A DNA stretch of 64,000 nucleotides, from the NCBI GenBank assembly GCA_002633005.1, contig NMRA01000021.1, positions 98,052 to 162,051 on the forward strand, read 5' to 3'. The position numbers were made by a program, and so were the translations under genes. Source of the stretch: Phoronis australis (Eukaryota; Animalia; Phoronida). The notes under the pieces are model-generated. The model saw nothing but the letters and a program-made list of their open reading frames with translations, had not been told where the DNA came from and searched no databases. Positions 60,982-64,000 of the stretch are shown here, piece after piece (position 1 is the first letter of the stretch; each line of letters begins with the position of its first letter).

Positions 60982-61722
60982 GGAGCAGAAATAGAAGATT
61001 GTATTACACAATTCAACACTCTAACCTCACCAACCAATCACTTCAGTGGCGACCATTTTCCTAGCTTGCGCTCTTAAAGTCTCGAGCACACTCACAAAAC
61101 ACTCGCTTGTCACTCACATGATTTTCGTAATCTTGTGTGATCTTGCTTTTCTCTAAATATTAACTTGATCTACATAATGCTATCTGGCTGTTTTACTTTT
61201 AGCAAGTCAGCGTTGTAAAAAGACTGAGTGAATCTAAACTAAGAATTGGGTTATTCATGATGCAGTTTTATTTAAGTGCCGTCCGCACCCAGACTTAAGT
61301 TACTCCATCCTGGAACAAGTTGTCGCTAGGTCTGAGTGATCGTCCCGACACTAATTCACCTTACTCCACTTCATCGTGGAGGGGTAACTTGTTCCAGGAT
61401 TACTTGCATCACTTTTAATTCCTGAGAGGACACAAACCTGTGGGGCAAGGCGGAAGTAATTATCTGCTGCAGTTACATACTGACGGACCTCCTTTTGTGC
61501 AGCGTATTCGCATCAGCTGTCCTGACAACTTCAGTCTTATTCTAGTTATCGTATATGTCGTGGATGTTCCACTTAAAGTGGGGCAAGTTGCACTAGTGCA
61601 AGTTGTTCTAGGGTAATTCTGTGCGTGGACGGATTTTAATATCATCTGAACAGATTACATTCAATGGCCTCACAAACGGGAAGTAGTTTGTAAGCAGCAC
61701 TGTAACATATACAAGCACTAAC

Positions 61723-61796
61723 CTTTGTTAATCCAGTTTCCTTGACAAGGTTTGCTTTACTGCCAGCATACAGAATGTGGTCCTCAGGTAGGCTTC
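61723..61796 (-). CDS. GMF: Glia maturation factor penultimate exon (GSLPEDHILYAGSKANLVKETGLTK)
   Basis: ttcccag acceptor, gttagt donor, 74 nt; YAGSK..LV....LTK ADF-H/GMF motif; splices in frame to 57375; upstream exons not found in the window. Confidence 0.85.
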
Positions 61797-61943
61797 CTGG
61801 GAAATAAATGCGCACTTTCTATATTTGTTCATCACCACAGGTGCACCACTGATGATATAGACAACTAGGAACAAAGTATGAACAACAAAGATCATTCTGA
61901 CAAATTTTCCAACTGACATGCGATATCGACACAAAAGCTTGAC

Positions 61944-63185
61944 TAAACAAGAGCAACATGGAGCATTGAAATGCGCCCACTTATGCATCGAAAATGGTGT
62001 GCTTTTAGGTTTTTTTTGTATCATCGAAATGGCCACTAGATGCCGCAAAATATGTCAAATCCGTTTGATAACCAAAAAATGTTGTCATTTCTTTAAAAGA
62101 AAGCCATTTACCAAATTTCATTACAATTTGTCGAGGAACTTCAGAGAAACAGAGGAAAACGAAAAAAATGAAATTGCCACTAGGGGGGCACAGTGTTCGT
62201 TGGATCCGTCTAAAAGTCGTCGTCTTTTGTTAACTTCATATAAATAGACGTGTTAAATTTAATAAAGGAGATACAGGTATGGGTGCAAAAAAAAGCAAAA
62301 CCACCACTAGGAGGCACCACAGTACTCGAAGTCATTGGAAAATCATCAGCAACCGTACCCTTCATAGAAAGAACATACATGCCAACTTTCATCCTTAGCG
62401 CGGTTTGGTGGACGGACGCCAAAAAACAGACTCGAAAACAACAAAAATGGCCACTAGGAGGCACAAACTACGCATCCATCTGAAAGCAAGAGGATAGCGT
62501 CACCTAACTAATATATGTCTTTGAGCCAAATTTTATGGAAATCCGTGTAGGACTTTTGAAGATACAGAGGTAAACGTAAAACACTAAAACTGCCACTAGG
62601 GGGCACACCGATACACCAATCTGTCGGAAATTTGTCGTCGTCTGTTGTCATTTTTTTTAAATACATTTGCTAAATTTAATAAAGATCCTGTAGAACGTTT
62701 AGGAGATACAGCCATGGGCGCAAAATCAAACAAAACTGCCACTAGGAGGCGCCACAGTAGTCGAAGTCGTTGAAAAATCATCGTCAACTGTCTTCTTCAC
62801 AGTAAGAACATACATCCCAATTTTCATAACCATCCTTCAAGTGGTTTGGTTGTTAGAGGGGCAGACGATAAAAAAACGACTCGAAAACAGTAAAAATGGC
62901 CACTAGATGAAGCAAAATGCCTCAAATCCATCCGAAAACTAGAAGAAAGCGTCAACAGATTAATAGATGCCTATGTGCCAAATTTCACGAAAATCAGTCG
63001 AGAACCTTTGAAGATACAGAGGCAAACGTAAAAAACTAAAATTGCCACTAGGGGGCACAGAGGTATTCGGGTCGGTCCGAAACTCATCGCCCTCTGTCGT
63101 CAATCACATAGGAACACGCTAGCCAAATTTCAATAAGATCCTGCAAGGGGTTTAGGAGATACACCCGCAGATGCACGTAGGAGGC
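61944..63185 (+). repeat. HINE-like element with ~145-bp satellite monomers in trimeric higher-order organisation
   Basis: AAACAAGAG end; CCACTAG cores at 62033, 62177, 62304, 62451, 62593, 62739, 62900, 63045. Confidence 0.8.
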
Positions 63186-64000
63186 ATAAATGGCTTAGAG
63201 ATCATGTGAAATTATTTCTATTTACATTGAGAGTAGTGAAATGACAATGCAATAAGATGGAATTCATCACCACATTTATTGCTTTTTCACAAGCCTAGAA
63301 ACAGGAAGAAATAAAACAACAGTTTTAACATCACCATGTTTTCTTGAAGGAAAAAAGAAGGCAAATTCTTAATGGCTAATGAATACATACAATTTCGGAT
63401 ATAAATCTGTTCTATAAAAATATCAACATTTTTCTTTACACGTTTGGTACAGGGAAGATTCTAAGTTTTGTAGTCGTGAAAATGAGTGATTTCTAATAAC
63501 ATTTTTCTGGAGATATTGTGTTCAATAATTTCACCTCATAGCGATTGAGATAATTTCTGTAAATCGTTCATAGACTGTAATGCACTCGAAACTACTAGGC
63601 TATTAAACATTTCTTCAGCAACTGTGAAGTGGCAGTGCAAGATCAAAGTTCTGTTTTGTGGAAGTCTTAAAAGGGAACTGTATTTTAATCTGAATGAATT
63701 CTGAATAGTTTTCTATGAATTGTTGATTAATTTCACAAATAATTCAACACCAAAAATTAAACTTATGTTCTCTAACGAAGCTCAAAAAATTACCGGCTTG
63801 GAGCGCTGCTTAGTCTCGTGACGTATTTGGCGGGGGCAAAGTCACTGTCCTGTGTTAGCGTGCAATCAATTAGCGTTTTTTATATTGTCGGAATAAGAAA
63901 TTTTAGTGTGAAATTTCGGGTCACAAGGGATACCTGTTTGAGCCGAGGCAACACAAAGTGATACCAAGTCATCGTCATCGTCAGACGAAAATTTGCCGGT

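Overview
AT-rich animal genomic DNA, probably a lophotrochozoan such as a mollusc (inferred from the repeat types). Two intron-containing host genes face each other. On the + strand is a hexosaminidase D (HEXD/HEXDC, GH20) gene, with coding exons from 947 to 14185 and its 5' exon(s) not identified. On the - strand are the last two coding exons of a glia maturation factor (GMF, ADF-H family) gene, at 61723-61796 and 57304-57375. Between their 3' ends lies a dense ~41 kb stack of decayed transposons: Sola3-like, DUF7869/Sola1-like, three THAP-less P-like elements, two piggyBac, a Jockey/I-group LINE, two Kolobok, ISL2EU, pogo-type MITE, BEN-domain, Gypsy, Copia, Harbinger, Penelope and CACTA remnants. 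About 20 recognisable coding remnants lie on the - strand against one independent + strand element, which is the architecture expected of a unistrand (flamenco-like) piRNA cluster; this is the best candidate for an undescribed system here, but it remains an inference. Other notable structures are a 1.8 kb tri-transposase chimeric tandem array, a Kolobok derivative whose ~315 bp TIRs include the THAP start codons, and a ~145 bp-period array of CTCF-like motifs in the GMF intron. Two duplications next to N gaps (9.5-12.5 kb and 25.8-26.8 kb) look like uncollapsed haplotypes. All family assignments come from motif recognition, not database searches.
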